A stretch of 64,000 nt of DNA, from positions 64,001 to 128,000 of the IMG/VR virus record IMGVR_UViG_3300028569_002586; one strand, 5' to 3'. The notes beneath the pieces are model-generated. The model was not told where the DNA came from. It saw nothing but the letters and a program-made list of their open reading frames with translations, and searched no databases. The number at the start of each line of letters is the position of its first letter. The first letter of the stretch is position 1. Source of the DNA: a virus. Made by a program: the position numbers and the translations under genes. Positions 38,387-48,851 of the stretch are shown here, one piece after another.

Positions 38387-39119
38387 TCTTGATGCTGGCA
38401 ATCACCTTGACAATAAACTTCAGAAGTTTGCTTCTTGTAATGTCCTCTTCAGTAAAGTGAAATGTGCATATGCCATTCTCCTTGCTGGATGCTGAATCAA
38501 AAGCATTCATTATCTTTTCAAAACCTGATTTCTGAATATCAGATTGCAAGGAGTCACCTATGACAAACAACTTGCAGTTTTTTCCAAATCTGGTTAAAAT
38601 TGTAACTAGTTCACTATGTTCAAGATTTTGTGCTTCATCTACTATTACCACATTATTCATGAATGTGGAGCCTCTCAAAAAATTAACTGGAATACTTTTG
38701 AGATAATCACTGTTAAACAACATTTCTGTTATTTGTTTGCCTACTAATTCATCACATTTCTCCACAAGAGGTATACTCCATGGCTTGAATTTTTCATCCA
38801 CTTCACCAGGAAGACTTCCAAGTTTTCTTGTGGCAGATTCAACAATGCTTCTTATGTACACAATCTCATCAATCTTCTTGTCCCTGAGCATTGAAAGAGC
38901 CACATATACTGCCAGGTATGTCTTTGAGGATCCCGCAGGCCCATCACAAAACAGTATTTGTGATCCATCTTCCATAGCTATATCAACGAACGCTTTGTGA
39001 TGTTCGTTTAAATGAAACTTTTGGTCAATTTTAAAATTAAGAAAAATATCATTTCTAATAATACCATTCTCATCTTTAGCTTTGGCAGCTTTTTTCAGCT
39101 GTCTGTCTTTTTTAGACAT
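38379..39119 (-). CDS. phoH: PhoH-like ATPase
   Basis: GPAGSSKT, LGSLPG, FLRGSTF, VDEAQN, TRFG, GDSLQSD; TAAATA 7 nt upstream. Confidence 0.93.
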   Translation of the reverse strand: MSKKDRQLKKAAKAKDENGIIRNDIFLNFKIDQKFHLNEHHKAFVDIAMEDGSQILFCDGPAGSSKTYLAVYVALSMLRDKKIDEIVYIRSIVESATRKLGSLPGEVDEKFKPWSIPLVEKCDELVGKQITEMLFNSDYLKSIPVNFLRGSTFMNNVVIVDEAQNLEHSELVTILTRFGKNCKLFVIGDSLQSDIQKSGFEKIMNAFDSASSKENGICTFHFTEEDITRSKLLKFIVKVIASIKIK

Positions 39120-39166
39120 CTATAATTATTTATTGATTTCTGCTATCTTTATCTTATAATTTGGTC

Positions 39167-39904
39167 ATGGAAAAGCATATCTTTCTTAGTGATGACAAAA
39201 TCTTTCATACCATTGAAGGAGAGGGTGAGCATATAGGCAAGCCTTCTGTATTCATGCGTGTCTCTATGTGTAACCTCACGTGCAAGGGTTTTGCAAGCAA
39301 GGACTCACCTCATGGTTGCGACAGTTTTGTGAGCTGGTCAGTGAAGAATCGAATGACATATGATGAGATTCTTGATCTAATGGAGCAAAATAACTATATT
39401 AAATTTCTAAATAGAGGTGATATTTTAAAAATTACAGGTGGTGAGCCTCTCATACAACAGAAAAATCTCTTGGAGCTCATGAAAGCTTTCTTAGATCGAT
39501 ATGGTTTTGTGCCTCGCATTGATTTTGAAACAAACGCAACTCTCATGCCCCTGGAGCCTTGGTATGAAGAATATTTTGCTACATTTACTACATCTCCTAA
39601 ATTATCAAATAATGGCGATCCTGAGAATAAAAGGTACATACCTGCAACTCTTGAATGGCACGCAAAGAATGGATCAGGATTCAAGTTTGTTGTGGCCAAA
39701 GAGAGTGATCTTGATGAGATTTATACAAAATATATTGACAGATTCAACATCAAGCGTAACAAGATATGGCTTATGCCTTGTTGTGGCAGCAGAGAAGAAC
39801 ACATAAAGATTGCGCCTATTGTTGCAGAATTTTGCAAAGAAAGAGGATTAAGCTTTAGTCCAAGATTGCAGCTTGTTATTTGGGATAAGGCTCTTAAAGT
39901 TTAA
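39167..39904 (+). CDS. queE: 7-carboxy-7-deazaguanine synthase (radical SAM)
   Basis: FHTIEGEG...G.PSVF.R...CNLTC, TGGEP, ETN, SPKL, KFVV, PRLQ; start ATG 39167. Confidence 0.92.
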   Translation: MEKHIFLSDDKIFHTIEGEGEHIGKPSVFMRVSMCNLTCKGFASKDSPHGCDSFVSWSVKNRMTYDEILDLMEQNNYIKFLNRGDILKITGGEPLIQQKNLLELMKAFLDRYGFVPRIDFETNATLMPLEPWYEEYFATFTTSPKLSNNGDPENKRYIPATLEWHAKNGSGFKFVVAKESDLDEIYTKYIDRFNIKRNKIWLMPCCGSREEHIKIAPIVAEFCKERGLSFSPRLQLVIWDKALKV

Positions 39905-39907
39905 AAT

Positions 39908-40951
39908 ATGAATATTCTTGTTACCGGTTCTTCCGGTTTAATAGGATCTGAAGTTGTTGAGTATTTCTGTCAACAAGATAATACTGTATATGGTGTTGAC
40001 AACAACATGCGCAAAACATTCTTTGGTGAAAGTGGTTGCACAAATAGAAATACAAAAAGACTTAAAAAAACCTTTGATAATTTCAAACACTTAAAATACG
40101 ATATACGCAACAGAGCTAAAATTTTAAGTTTGTTTGAGGACATAAAATTTGATGCAGTAATCCATACTGCAGCTCAGCCAAGTCATGATCTTGCTGCGAG
40201 AATACCGTTTGATGATTTTGACACCAATGCCGCTGGCACGTTGAATCTGTTGGAAGCAACCAGGCAGCATTGTCCTGAGGCTGTATTTATTCATATGTCC
40301 ACAAACAAGGTGTATGGTGATAACCCCAATAAATTAGAGCTCATAGAGCACGAGAAGCGATTTGATTACAAAGATAATACCTTTCTTGGTGTACCCGAGA
40401 CATTCAGTATCGATAGCTGCAAGCACTCTCTCTTTGGTGCATCAAAAGTTGCTGCAGACATTCTAGTACAAGAGTATGGAAGATATTTCAATATCAAGAC
40501 TTGCTGCTTAAGAGGCGGTTGTCTCACTGGTCCAAATCATTGTGGTGTTGAGCTTCACGGTTTCCTGAGTTATCTTGTAAAGTGTAATATAACACGAAAA
40601 CAATATAAAATATTCGGCTACAAAGGCAAACAAGTACGTGACAACATACACAGCTTGGATGTTGTGAGATTCATGGATTTTTTTATTGCTTCACCCAAAA
40701 TTGGTGCCATTTATAACATTGGTGGTGGCAAACAGAATAGCTGCTCCATTCTTGAAGCTTTTGACAAAGTGGCAGGTGTTACTGGCAGGCAAATGGACTA
40801 TGAATACATTGACTGTGCCAGAGACGGTGATCATATTTGTTATTATTCTGATTTGTCAAAAATGAAAATGGATTATAAAGACTGGGATATTACTAAAAGT
40901 CTAGATGTTATTTTTCTAGAAATAGTTAATTCACATTTGAAAAAGATTTAA
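39908..40951 (+). CDS. NAD-dependent NDP-sugar epimerase (CDP-paratose 2-epimerase-like)
   Basis: [33 protein letters not shown]. Confidence 0.88.
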   Translation: MNILVTGSSGLIGSEVVEYFCQQDNTVYGVDNNMRKTFFGESGCTNRNTKRLKKTFDNFKHLKYDIRNRAKILSLFEDIKFDAVIHTAAQPSHDLAARIPFDDFDTNAAGTLNLLEATRQHCPEAVFIHMSTNKVYGDNPNKLELIEHEKRFDYKDNTFLGVPETFSIDSCKHSLFGASKVAADILVQEYGRYFNIKTCCLRGGCLTGPNHCGVELHGFLSYLVKCNITRKQYKIFGYKGKQVRDNIHSLDVVRFMDFFIASPKIGAIYNIGGGKQNSCSILEAFDKVAGVTGRQMDYEYIDCARDGDHICYYSDLSKMKMDYKDWDITKSLDVIFLEIVNSHLKKI

Positions 40952-40972
40952 ACAAGATTAAATGTATCTAAC

Positions 40973-41710
40973 ATGAGAATAGCTATTTCAGGATCTGCTT
41001 GTCAAGGTAAAACAACTTTAGTAAATGATTTTATTAAGAATTGGCCTTCTTATAAGAAATCTAATGAAAGCTACAGAAAGGTTATCAAGGAAGATAAATT
41101 AAAAATCAATAAGCAAGTCAATCAAGATAGTCAGTGGAAAATTTTAAACTGTCTCATAGATGATATTCAGAAGGCTTCAAAAGAAACACATGTCATCTTT
41201 GACAGATGTCCGCTTGATAATCTCATCTATTCAATGTGGTGCTTTGAGTCTGGTGCCTCTGATATTGACAAAGCTTTTATTGACAAATGCATTCCTCTTG
41301 TAAGTGAAAGCTTGAAGCTTATAGACATAATCTTCTTCCTGCCCATCACAAGAGTAGCACCTGTTAAAATTTCTGAAAAAGATGACCGTGAAACAGACAA
41401 AGTTTTCATCAAAGAAATTGATAATATCTTTAAAATGGTGCACCAGCAGTATCTTAAAAATGGGGGTGTTCCCTTCTTCTGCGCTGATGATAAGCCAGGC
41501 TTCATTGAGGTATTTGGCAATCCTGAAGAGAGAATAAAGATGATTGAACTGTATCTTAATAAAGAAGGCGATCTGATTAGTGAAGAAGACAGTGTTTTGA
41601 GCCCTGAAAACCTGGATTTAATGGAAACTCTTCTGGGAATACAGAAGAAAGCACAAGATTCAGAGAATGAAGAGAAAAGACTTAGGGACAAATTCATCTT
41701 CGGCAAATAA
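40973..41710 (+). CDS. P-loop nucleoside/nucleotide kinase-like protein
   Basis: IAISGSACQGKTTL and IFDRCPLD. Confidence 0.7.
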   Translation: MRIAISGSACQGKTTLVNDFIKNWPSYKKSNESYRKVIKEDKLKINKQVNQDSQWKILNCLIDDIQKASKETHVIFDRCPLDNLIYSMWCFESGASDIDKAFIDKCIPLVSESLKLIDIIFFLPITRVAPVKISEKDDRETDKVFIKEIDNIFKMVHQQYLKNGGVPFFCADDKPGFIEVFGNPEERIKMIELYLNKEGDLISEEDSVLSPENLDLMETLLGIQKKAQDSENEEKRLRDKFIFGK

Positions 41711-41718
41711 ATAATTAG

Positions 41719-41934
41719 GTGAGTAAGTTTAACGATAAAATTGAAGAACTAAACGAAGGCTTCAAATCCATTCTTTATAAAAAAAGAGAGTTTTACCCAA
41801 AGAATTTCAATCTTTCAGAAGAGTTTGTCAAAGCCTTTAAAACAGAATACAAGAGACTACTTGATGAAGGCATAGAGCCAAAAAAAGCTCTTGTAAGACT
41901 CAACAAAGCTTTGCTATTTCACACAGCTAATTAA
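41719..41934 (+). CDS. Small hypothetical late protein
   Basis: GTG 5 nt after TAAATA at 41708-41713. Confidence 0.65.
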   Translation: MSKFNDKIEELNEGFKSILYKKREFYPKNFNLSEEFVKAFKTEYKRLLDEGIEPKKALVRLNKALLFHTAN

Positions 41935-42626
41935 AAGAAATATAATATTCTGTAATAGATATAATTTGCACCAAAGAGAACTGTCTTTGTATTAACTCTA
42001 AAGTTTAATGTACCAAAATCTCCAAGAGAACTAAACGACAGTGCATCAATTCTAGGCACTGCAGATAATGGCGGTAAATCTATGCCATTAAAATTTGTAC
42101 CTGCAGGTATCAAGGTGAAATGCCATGGTTGTATGGCATTTCCAACCACAGAAGGAACATTGTTAATTGCTACAGGGCTTGCTGAAGCATTTGCCAGGAT
42201 TGTTACCAGTCCACTTGCTTCATATCTACGGCCAATGGCTGAAGTAGTGGCAACAAGATTGTAAAGAGATGTATACTCTGGTGAGCCAATGACAAAATCA
42301 GCTGATGTAACAAGCCCATTTGTAAGTGTCATTCTGTTTGTATATCCAAATGCTTTGCTGTTGCCCTGGATGCCGTTAGAGAAATATGCCTGGCTGCTCA
42401 AAGCATCAACACTTATTGTTGTGAAAATAGCATCATTACCTGTTAGTGAACCAGCAAGTACAGTGTTACCATTAATATCTTCTTTGACAACATTAAAATT
42501 ATCAAACGTTATTGTGCCTGTTCCATTAGCTGTTTGAAGAATAAGAAGATCTGTATCAAGAGCTATTTGTGATTGCGGTAGATCCTGTATATTAACAAAA
42601 TTGCTATTTGTTGTATTATTTGCCAT
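41931..42626 (-). CDS. Putative virion structural protein (S/T/N-rich, beta-strand)
   Basis: TATAAATA 6 nt before ATG; NIQDLP...DLLI.QT..GT..I resembles tail or baseplate N-terminal modules. Confidence 0.6.
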   Translation of the reverse strand: MANNTTNSNFVNIQDLPQSQIALDTDLLILQTANGTGTITFDNFNVVKEDINGNTVLAGSLTGNDAIFTTISVDALSSQAYFSNGIQGNSKAFGYTNRMTLTNGLVTSADFVIGSPEYTSLYNLVATTSAIGRRYEASGLVTILANASASPVAINNVPSVVGNAIQPWHFTLIPAGTNFNGIDLPPLSAVPRIDALSFSSLGDFGTLNFRVNTKTVLFGANYIYYRILYFF

Positions 42627-42659
42627 TAATGATATTTATACTAAAATATAGAAGTCAAT

Positions 42660-43475
42660 ATGGATAAAATAGGAGTTGGTGTAGTTACTTGCAATAGACC
42701 GAGTTTCTTTCTTAAATGCTTTAATTCAATACCTGTTGATATTGAACTAGTAGTAGTTAATGATGGTGCAGATTTCTCTGATATTGAAAAGTTAAAACAA
42801 AAAAGACATTTTGACTATATACATAACAATGTTAATCTAGGTGTTGGCAAATCAAAGAACATACTTTTTAAGCAGCTGCTTGCCAAAGATTGTGATCATA
42901 TATTTCTAATTGAAGATGATATTGTTATTAAAGACAAGAGCGTCTTTAAAGAGTACATTAAAGCTCGCAATTTAACTGGTATTCAGCATTTCAATTTTGG
43001 CTATCACGGCCCAGCTAACAAGAACGGTGTCTCTGGTGGACCGCCCAAACCGAGATTCATTGTTGACTATGGCAACACAAAAATTGCCATCAATCATCAC
43101 AGTGTTGGTGCATTCTGCTATTACACAAAAGATGTCTTGAAAAAAGTTGGCCTAATAGATGAAGAATACACTAATGCCTTTGAGCACGTAGATCATGATT
43201 ATAGAATTGCTAAAGCTGGGTATAGTACGCCATATTGGAATTTTGCTGACATGGCTAATAGTTGTGATTTTCTTGAAGAAATAGAATGTTCAGAGAAGAG
43301 CAGTTCTATAAGACCAAGAGATGACTGGAGCTCCAATATTAGAAAAGGATATGAAACATTTAAAACAAAACACAACTGCTACCCTGCATTTCAAGGCGGG
43401 GTACCTGATACTGGGGAGCAGGAAGTCAAAAATATTATGAAACAAATTTATAAAAAATATGCTAAACGAAACTGA
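42660..43475 (+). CDS. Glycosyltransferase, GT2 family
   Basis: VVTCNRP, VVNDG, NLGVGKSKN, LIEDD, VGLIDE, EHVD. Confidence 0.88.
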   Translation: MDKIGVGVVTCNRPSFFLKCFNSIPVDIELVVVNDGADFSDIEKLKQKRHFDYIHNNVNLGVGKSKNILFKQLLAKDCDHIFLIEDDIVIKDKSVFKEYIKARNLTGIQHFNFGYHGPANKNGVSGGPPKPRFIVDYGNTKIAINHHSVGAFCYYTKDVLKKVGLIDEEYTNAFEHVDHDYRIAKAGYSTPYWNFADMANSCDFLEEIECSEKSSSIRPRDDWSSNIRKGYETFKTKHNCYPAFQGGVPDTGEQEVKNIMKQIYKKYAKRN

Positions 43476-44214
43476 TTTTATTATTCCTGTGTTCATTGAT
43501 CATGCAGATAGATTGCGCAATCTAAAAATCATGCTCTCTTATCTCAAGAAGATTGGTGCAACAAATGTGTATGTCCGCGAGTACTTTGACAGCGCACATA
43601 AAACAGGCGAACTACAAGCATTGTTTCCTGAGTATCATTTTTCAAGCAAAGAAAGAGATGCGCCTTTCTTCAATAAAATGACATGTGTAAATGAAGTGTT
43701 CAAGATGTTTTCCAGGGGCAAAGTTGTAAGCTTTTATGATGTAGATGTTCTCTTTTCAAAGAAAGACCTCATTGAAGCATCAGATTTAATTCTCAAGAAA
43801 CAGGCTGATGTTGTATATCCATATAATGGTTATTTTTATGATGTACCTGCAGAAACTGTAAAGCTACTGGAGACAGATCTCACTACACCTATTAATCTCA
43901 ATACATGCAAACTGTTCAATACTGGCTCACATGGTGGTGGTGCACTTTTTGACAGACAGGTATTCGAAGATGGTGGCATGTGTAACCCTAATTTTAAAAA
44001 TGTTGGTTATGATGATGATGAAATAAGAGTTAGATTTGATAAACTCAATTACAAGATCACAAGAACAAAGGGTGTACTTCTGCACCTAAATCATTTTCGT
44101 GGTGCCACCTCTTTTAATCATAATGACTACACAACAAATAATGTCAATGAGGTCGAAAAAGTAACACACATGACAAAAGAACAGTTACAAGCATACATCA
44201 AGGGCTGGAAATGA
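43459..44214 (+). CDS. Glycosyltransferase, GT2/GT7-like
   Basis: IIPV..D..DR.RN, FNK...N, DVD, GG..NPNF...GYDD.E, HL.H. Confidence 0.82.
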   Translation: MLNETDFIIPVFIDHADRLRNLKIMLSYLKKIGATNVYVREYFDSAHKTGELQALFPEYHFSSKERDAPFFNKMTCVNEVFKMFSRGKVVSFYDVDVLFSKKDLIEASDLILKKQADVVYPYNGYFYDVPAETVKLLETDLTTPINLNTCKLFNTGSHGGGALFDRQVFEDGGMCNPNFKNVGYDDDEIRVRFDKLNYKITRTKGVLLHLNHFRGATSFNHNDYTTNNVNEVEKVTHMTKEQLQAYIKGWK

Positions 44215-45008
44215 ACATACCCTTACTCAAGGGCGGGCTTTGCAATCAATTATTTCAAATTGCTGCAACCTATGCTCATAGCTTAAAACACAATCAAGAA
44301 TTAGGCATAAATTATAATTTTCCATTTGTTGCTCATCAAGGCCTACATCCAAGAAAATACAAAGATAACTTTTTTTCAAAAATACAGTCCACAGACATTA
44401 TGCCTAGCAAAACATTCAATAATCTTGGCTTTACTCTTACTGATATCCCTGTCGAACACAATCTAATTGTCGATGGGTATTTTCAGTGTTATAAATTTTT
44501 TGAAAATTATACGGCTGAAGTACAGAATTTATTTGTGTTCCCTGATAGCATACAACAAAAAATAACCAAAGCTGTTGAAAAGATTAATAAACCTCTTTGT
44601 GCTATTCATGTGCGCCGCGGTGACTACAAATCGCTTGCACCACACCACATGGTATGCAATACAGATTATTACATTGAATGCGCTAAAAAAATAAAACAAA
44701 TAAATGCAAATGCTCTCTTTATTGTCATGACTGATGACAAGCAGCACGTTTTCTCTGAATTCAAAAAACAGTTTGAAGATGGTGATTTTATTATTAGTAA
44801 TTCTGCCGATGAATTAGAAGATTTATACCTGCTTACACAAGCTGACTATATAATTGGCAGCAATAGTTCTTTTTCATGGTGGGGTGCTTTCTTTAATAAG
44901 CAGAAAAAGAACACACTTTTCCCCGAAGTATGGTTTGGTCCAGAAGGCGTTAAGGAATACGGAAATCCTGATATCTATACTGATTATATGGAAAAAGTAA
45001 AAGTATAA
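44211..45008 (+). CDS. Alpha-1,2-fucosyltransferase-like (GT11)
   Basis: GGLCNQLFQ, GYFQ, HVRRGDY, NSSFSWWGA. Confidence 0.9.
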   Translation: MNIPLLKGGLCNQLFQIAATYAHSLKHNQELGINYNFPFVAHQGLHPRKYKDNFFSKIQSTDIMPSKTFNNLGFTLTDIPVEHNLIVDGYFQCYKFFENYTAEVQNLFVFPDSIQQKITKAVEKINKPLCAIHVRRGDYKSLAPHHMVCNTDYYIECAKKIKQINANALFIVMTDDKQHVFSEFKKQFEDGDFIISNSADELEDLYLLTQADYIIGSNSSFSWWGAFFNKQKKNTLFPEVWFGPEGVKEYGNPDIYTDYMEKVKV

Positions 45009-45024
45009 CCTATAATATATAAGA

Positions 45025-45642
45025 ATGAAAAGCTATAGCCAATACGGACAGGATGTTGCACTTTATAATAATTTTTTTAAGGACAAGAAGAATGGTTATT
45101 TTGTTGAAATTGGTGCCTTCGATGGCCTTCTTCTGAGCAATACGTATTTGTTTGAAGAAAGAGGTTGGGATGGTGTTTGTGTTGAGCCAATGAATGACGC
45201 CTTTGAACAATTGAAAAAGAACCGCAAATGCAAGTGCTTTAATTACGCAGTAACCAACAGGGATGATGAATATCTTGACTTTTGCAAAATTACTGGTTTT
45301 AATAATATGTTAAGCGGGGTAATAGATTCCTATGATGATAAACATAAAGAAAGAATTCTTAGAGAGTGTCCACAGCTTGGAACAAAAGAAAAAATTAAAG
45401 TTAAAAATATTCAGTTTAATGACCTAATTACAGAGACAACAATTGATCTCCTGTCTGTTGATACAGAGGGTGGAGAAGATGCATTGCTCAATTCAATTGA
45501 CATGGTAAAATATAAAATTGATGTGATTTTAATTGAAGATAATTACAGCCAGTATCGTAACACACTGAGTGAGCAAATTAAAGACCTGTACAAGATATCC
45601 GATATCTCTCTTGGTGATGACATTGTGCTCAAGAGAAGATAA
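45025..45642 (+). CDS. FkbM family methyltransferase
   Basis: YSQYGQD, FVEIGAFDG..SNT, VEP, SVDTEGGE. Confidence 0.9.
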   Translation: MKSYSQYGQDVALYNNFFKDKKNGYFVEIGAFDGLLLSNTYLFEERGWDGVCVEPMNDAFEQLKKNRKCKCFNYAVTNRDDEYLDFCKITGFNNMLSGVIDSYDDKHKERILRECPQLGTKEKIKVKNIQFNDLITETTIDLLSVDTEGGEDALLNSIDMVKYKIDVILIEDNYSQYRNTLSEQIKDLYKISDISLGDDIVLKRR

Positions 45643-45643
45643 A

Positions 45644-46480
45644 ATGATGGTGGTCAATCTTTTTGATGGTAATTTTGCACATACACCAAGTGTTTGTGGT
45701 TTTGATTCTGCAACTGCATGGAGAAAACCTACAAAGATATCTTACGTAAGAGATCAACCATCATTTGACGGCGTGACAATATTCACAGATGATTTCATCT
45801 TCTCCTCACAGGTTGATAAAGTGCAGTCAAAATACAAGATTGCTTGGTGCCAAGAGTCTCCTGTTGTTAAGCCGTACTCTCATGCAGCTATACATGGGGT
45901 AGAGAGTAAATTTGATTTCATCTTCACCCACAACAAACAAAAGACAGCTGAAAAACCTGAAAAGTATAAATTCCTACCTGCAGCATGCTGCTGGGTGAAA
46001 GACTATGGTTTTGATATTGAGAAAAAAACAAAACTAGCTTCTCATATATTCACAGGGAAAAACTTTTCTGAAGGACATGCACTACGTCACAACATAACAC
46101 AGCTGCTTAAAAACTCTTCTATTGACATATTTGGTGAGAAACAGTTTAATAAAACTGAAGTTCATCAGCCTTATAAATTTTCAATTATCGTGGAAAACTG
46201 CAAATCACCAGGGTATTTTTCTGAAAAAATTATAGACTGTCTCATACAAGGCACCATTCCTATATATTGGGGTGACCCTACCATAAGTTCCTACTTCAAC
46301 ATGAAGGGTATTATTAATTTTAATAACATAGATGAAATAGCTAATCTTAAAATTAGCAAGAAATATTATGATGAAAATTTAGATGCAGTAAGAGAGAATA
46401 TTGCTACATGTGAAAATAAATATCTCTCTTCTGATGATAATCTTGCTGATTTGCTTAAAGAGGTAGGTGTATGCTCTTAA
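45644..46480 (+). CDS. GT10 (alpha-1,3-fucosyltransferase-like) glycosyltransferase
   Basis: YKFSIIVEN....YFSEKIIDC...GTIPIYWG; start moved to 45644. Confidence 0.82.
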   Translation: MMVVNLFDGNFAHTPSVCGFDSATAWRKPTKISYVRDQPSFDGVTIFTDDFIFSSQVDKVQSKYKIAWCQESPVVKPYSHAAIHGVESKFDFIFTHNKQKTAEKPEKYKFLPAACCWVKDYGFDIEKKTKLASHIFTGKNFSEGHALRHNITQLLKNSSIDIFGEKQFNKTEVHQPYKFSIIVENCKSPGYFSEKIIDCLIQGTIPIYWGDPTISSYFNMKGIINFNNIDEIANLKISKKYYDENLDAVRENIATCENKYLSSDDNLADLLKEVGVCS

Positions 46481-47091
46481 ATCTAGATAATCTCATCTCA
46501 CGATATAATATGAATATAACAGGTGTTATACACATAGGAGCACATTTTGGTGAAGAATATGACTTGTATAAAAAACTACCATCCATAAAAGATATAATAT
46601 TCTTTGAACCTGATACTGATAGCTTTGCAAAATTAACTGAAAAAACAAAAGACGATAAAAAAGTAATACGCATTAATCGCGCACTTGGCCCTTTCTCTTG
46701 TGAAGCATATCTGCATAAAGAAACAGCAAACAACGGTCAATCCAACTCTTTACTCGAACCACATTTACATGTAAGACAATATCCTGGGATACAATTTACG
46801 GATAAAGTAAAAGTAAAAGTGGAACCACTTGATAGATATGAACCAGGATCCACATTGAACCTTATTAATATTGATGTGCAGGGTGCAGAATTAAATGTTT
46901 TTCTAGGTGCATCTAATACTTTAAAAAACAATATACAATATATTATTACAGAAGTTAACCGTGATGAGTTGTACAAGAATTGTGCACGGGTTGAGGACTT
47001 GGATTACTTTCTTGGTAAATTTAATTTTAAAAGAGTAGAAACAACTTGGGACGGTGTTACGTGGGGTGATGCTTTTTATATCAAAAACTAG
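46471..47091 (+). CDS. FkbM family methyltransferase
   Basis: HIGAHFGEE, FEP, IDVQGAEL, EVN...LY, WGDAFY. Confidence 0.9.
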   Translation: MLLNLDNLISRYNMNITGVIHIGAHFGEEYDLYKKLPSIKDIIFFEPDTDSFAKLTEKTKDDKKVIRINRALGPFSCEAYLHKETANNGQSNSLLEPHLHVRQYPGIQFTDKVKVKVEPLDRYEPGSTLNLINIDVQGAELNVFLGASNTLKNNIQYIITEVNRDELYKNCARVEDLDYFLGKFNFKRVETTWDGVTWGDAFYIKN

Positions 47092-47095
47092 CGCC

Positions 47096-47905
47096 ATGAA
47101 TGATACACTTACTGTAAACCATAATGCTGGTTTTTTTTCCTGTTGCTCAGTAAGATTACATGAATTAATTAAATTCTTCAATTACAATAAAAGAGAGCCT
47201 GTTAATCTAGACATCAAACATCAATTCTCTGGCTATAGAATTAACCCTGCCGATACCAATGAAGATGTCAATTCCTTATTCTTTAAGACACCAGATAAGG
47301 AGGAGATATCATTTAAAAGAGAGGTTGATTATGACCATGGCTATCAATTTGAATCATATGCAAAATTTGACTTTGAAGGTATTGTGCCATTTATTAAAAA
47401 ATATTTTGCTCCAAGCGATACAGTATTGGAATTTGTTAATAATATTATACAAAAATATAATATTAATTTTGAAACAACTGCAGGTGTCTTTTACAGAGGC
47501 AATGATAAATGCACAGAAACAGGAATCGGGACATATGAGGAGTATTTTAATAAATGCAATGAACTTATAAACTTAAATCCAGATATAACATTTCTTGTAC
47601 AAACTGATGAGCTAGAGTTTAGAGATTTTTTTAGCTCTAAATTTAAAAACAGTTTTTTTATAGATGAATTACCAGTTATAAACAAAAATACAAACACCGC
47701 AATGCATAACATGATAGGGTCATATGATAGACCAAAATTTGGTATGCGCATACTAGGAATAACTTACTTACTATCAAAATTAAAATATCTTATCACACAC
47801 TCTGGTAATTGTAGTGAATGGGCAATATTTTATAGAGGCAATGCTAATAGTGTATACCAATATCTCAAGCATCCAAGTACTGCTGTTACGGGAGAATGGG
47901 TATAA
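47096..47905 (+). CDS. Putative fucosyltransferase-like protein (NodZ/GT23-type)
   Basis: AGFFS, GVFYRGNDK, VQTDE, LSK..YLI..SGN; start moved to 47096. Confidence 0.55.
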   Translation: MNDTLTVNHNAGFFSCCSVRLHELIKFFNYNKREPVNLDIKHQFSGYRINPADTNEDVNSLFFKTPDKEEISFKREVDYDHGYQFESYAKFDFEGIVPFIKKYFAPSDTVLEFVNNIIQKYNINFETTAGVFYRGNDKCTETGIGTYEEYFNKCNELINLNPDITFLVQTDELEFRDFFSSKFKNSFFIDELPVINKNTNTAMHNMIGSYDRPKFGMRILGITYLLSKLKYLITHSGNCSEWAIFYRGNANSVYQYLKHPSTAVTGEWV

Positions 47906-47915
47906 TTAATAGATT

Positions 47916-48851
47916 ATGAAAATAGTAGAAAATTTCACCGGCAATTATGCAGAAGATCCAATAACATTCTTAAACTTTACTCCCCTGCAAGATATTAATG
48001 TTACACTCCATCTCGGGCTAGGTACAACAATAGACAAAAACAATAGTAGTAGAAAGTTTTATCTTGAGCTTGAAGAGCCAAATAGATTTTGTGTACACGA
48101 AGCAGCATTGAAATATCGTTCTGATTTTATTCATTGTGATAAAATTCTCACATTATGTCCATACACAGCTACATACATGAATAAAGAATTCTACAAAAGG
48201 AATGTAGCTACACCAATATTTTTTCCATTCAACAAAGACTTTATACCTGCAGATTTTAACAAAAAATACAGTGTTCTGTATTCTGGTTACACACAGTCAC
48301 GTTATCATACACAGATGTTAAGCGCTATATCAAAATTTGATAATAATGTCATAATTTCATTTAGACCTTTTGACAAAGTAACACATGTTAATGTGTCATA
48401 CAAGGAAAAAATTAATCTTTATGCTCAAACAAAAATTGCTGTTGTACATAATATTATAATAAACAAGGGATTAACAATTGGCTCTCTACAGAATACAGCT
48501 TCACAAATCGGATTAACAAACATCAGAGAAAATCATGCATTTAATTTCCTAGAAACCGACAATGTGATGCCTCAATTAAAATCTAGAATATTTGAAGCTG
48601 CGTTTACTAAGTGTATAATTCTATGCCAAAGGGATCCTTTTAATGTTATAGAGCAATATTTTACACCTGAAAAAGAATTTGTCTATTTCAATGACCATGC
48701 AGATTTAGAGAATAAAATTAAATTGATACTTGAAAATTATGATGACTACAGTAAGGTAGCAGACAGTGCATTTACAAGAGCTATCAATAATTATACTACA
48801 GATCACTTAGTCAAAAAAATTTATGAAATACATAGTAACAACAACTATTAA
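47916..48851 (+). CDS. Glycosyltransferase, GT-B (CgeB-like C-terminal domain)
   Basis: KSRIFEAA, YF.PEKEFVYF...DL..KI..IL, NYT. Confidence 0.75.
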   Translation: MKIVENFTGNYAEDPITFLNFTPLQDINVTLHLGLGTTIDKNNSSRKFYLELEEPNRFCVHEAALKYRSDFIHCDKILTLCPYTATYMNKEFYKRNVATPIFFPFNKDFIPADFNKKYSVLYSGYTQSRYHTQMLSAISKFDNNVIISFRPFDKVTHVNVSYKEKINLYAQTKIAVVHNIIINKGLTIGSLQNTASQIGLTNIRENHAFNFLETDNVMPQLKSRIFEAAFTKCIILCQRDPFNVIEQYFTPEKEFVYFNDHADLENKIKLILENYDDYSKVADSAFTRAINNYTTDHLVKKIYEIHSNNNY

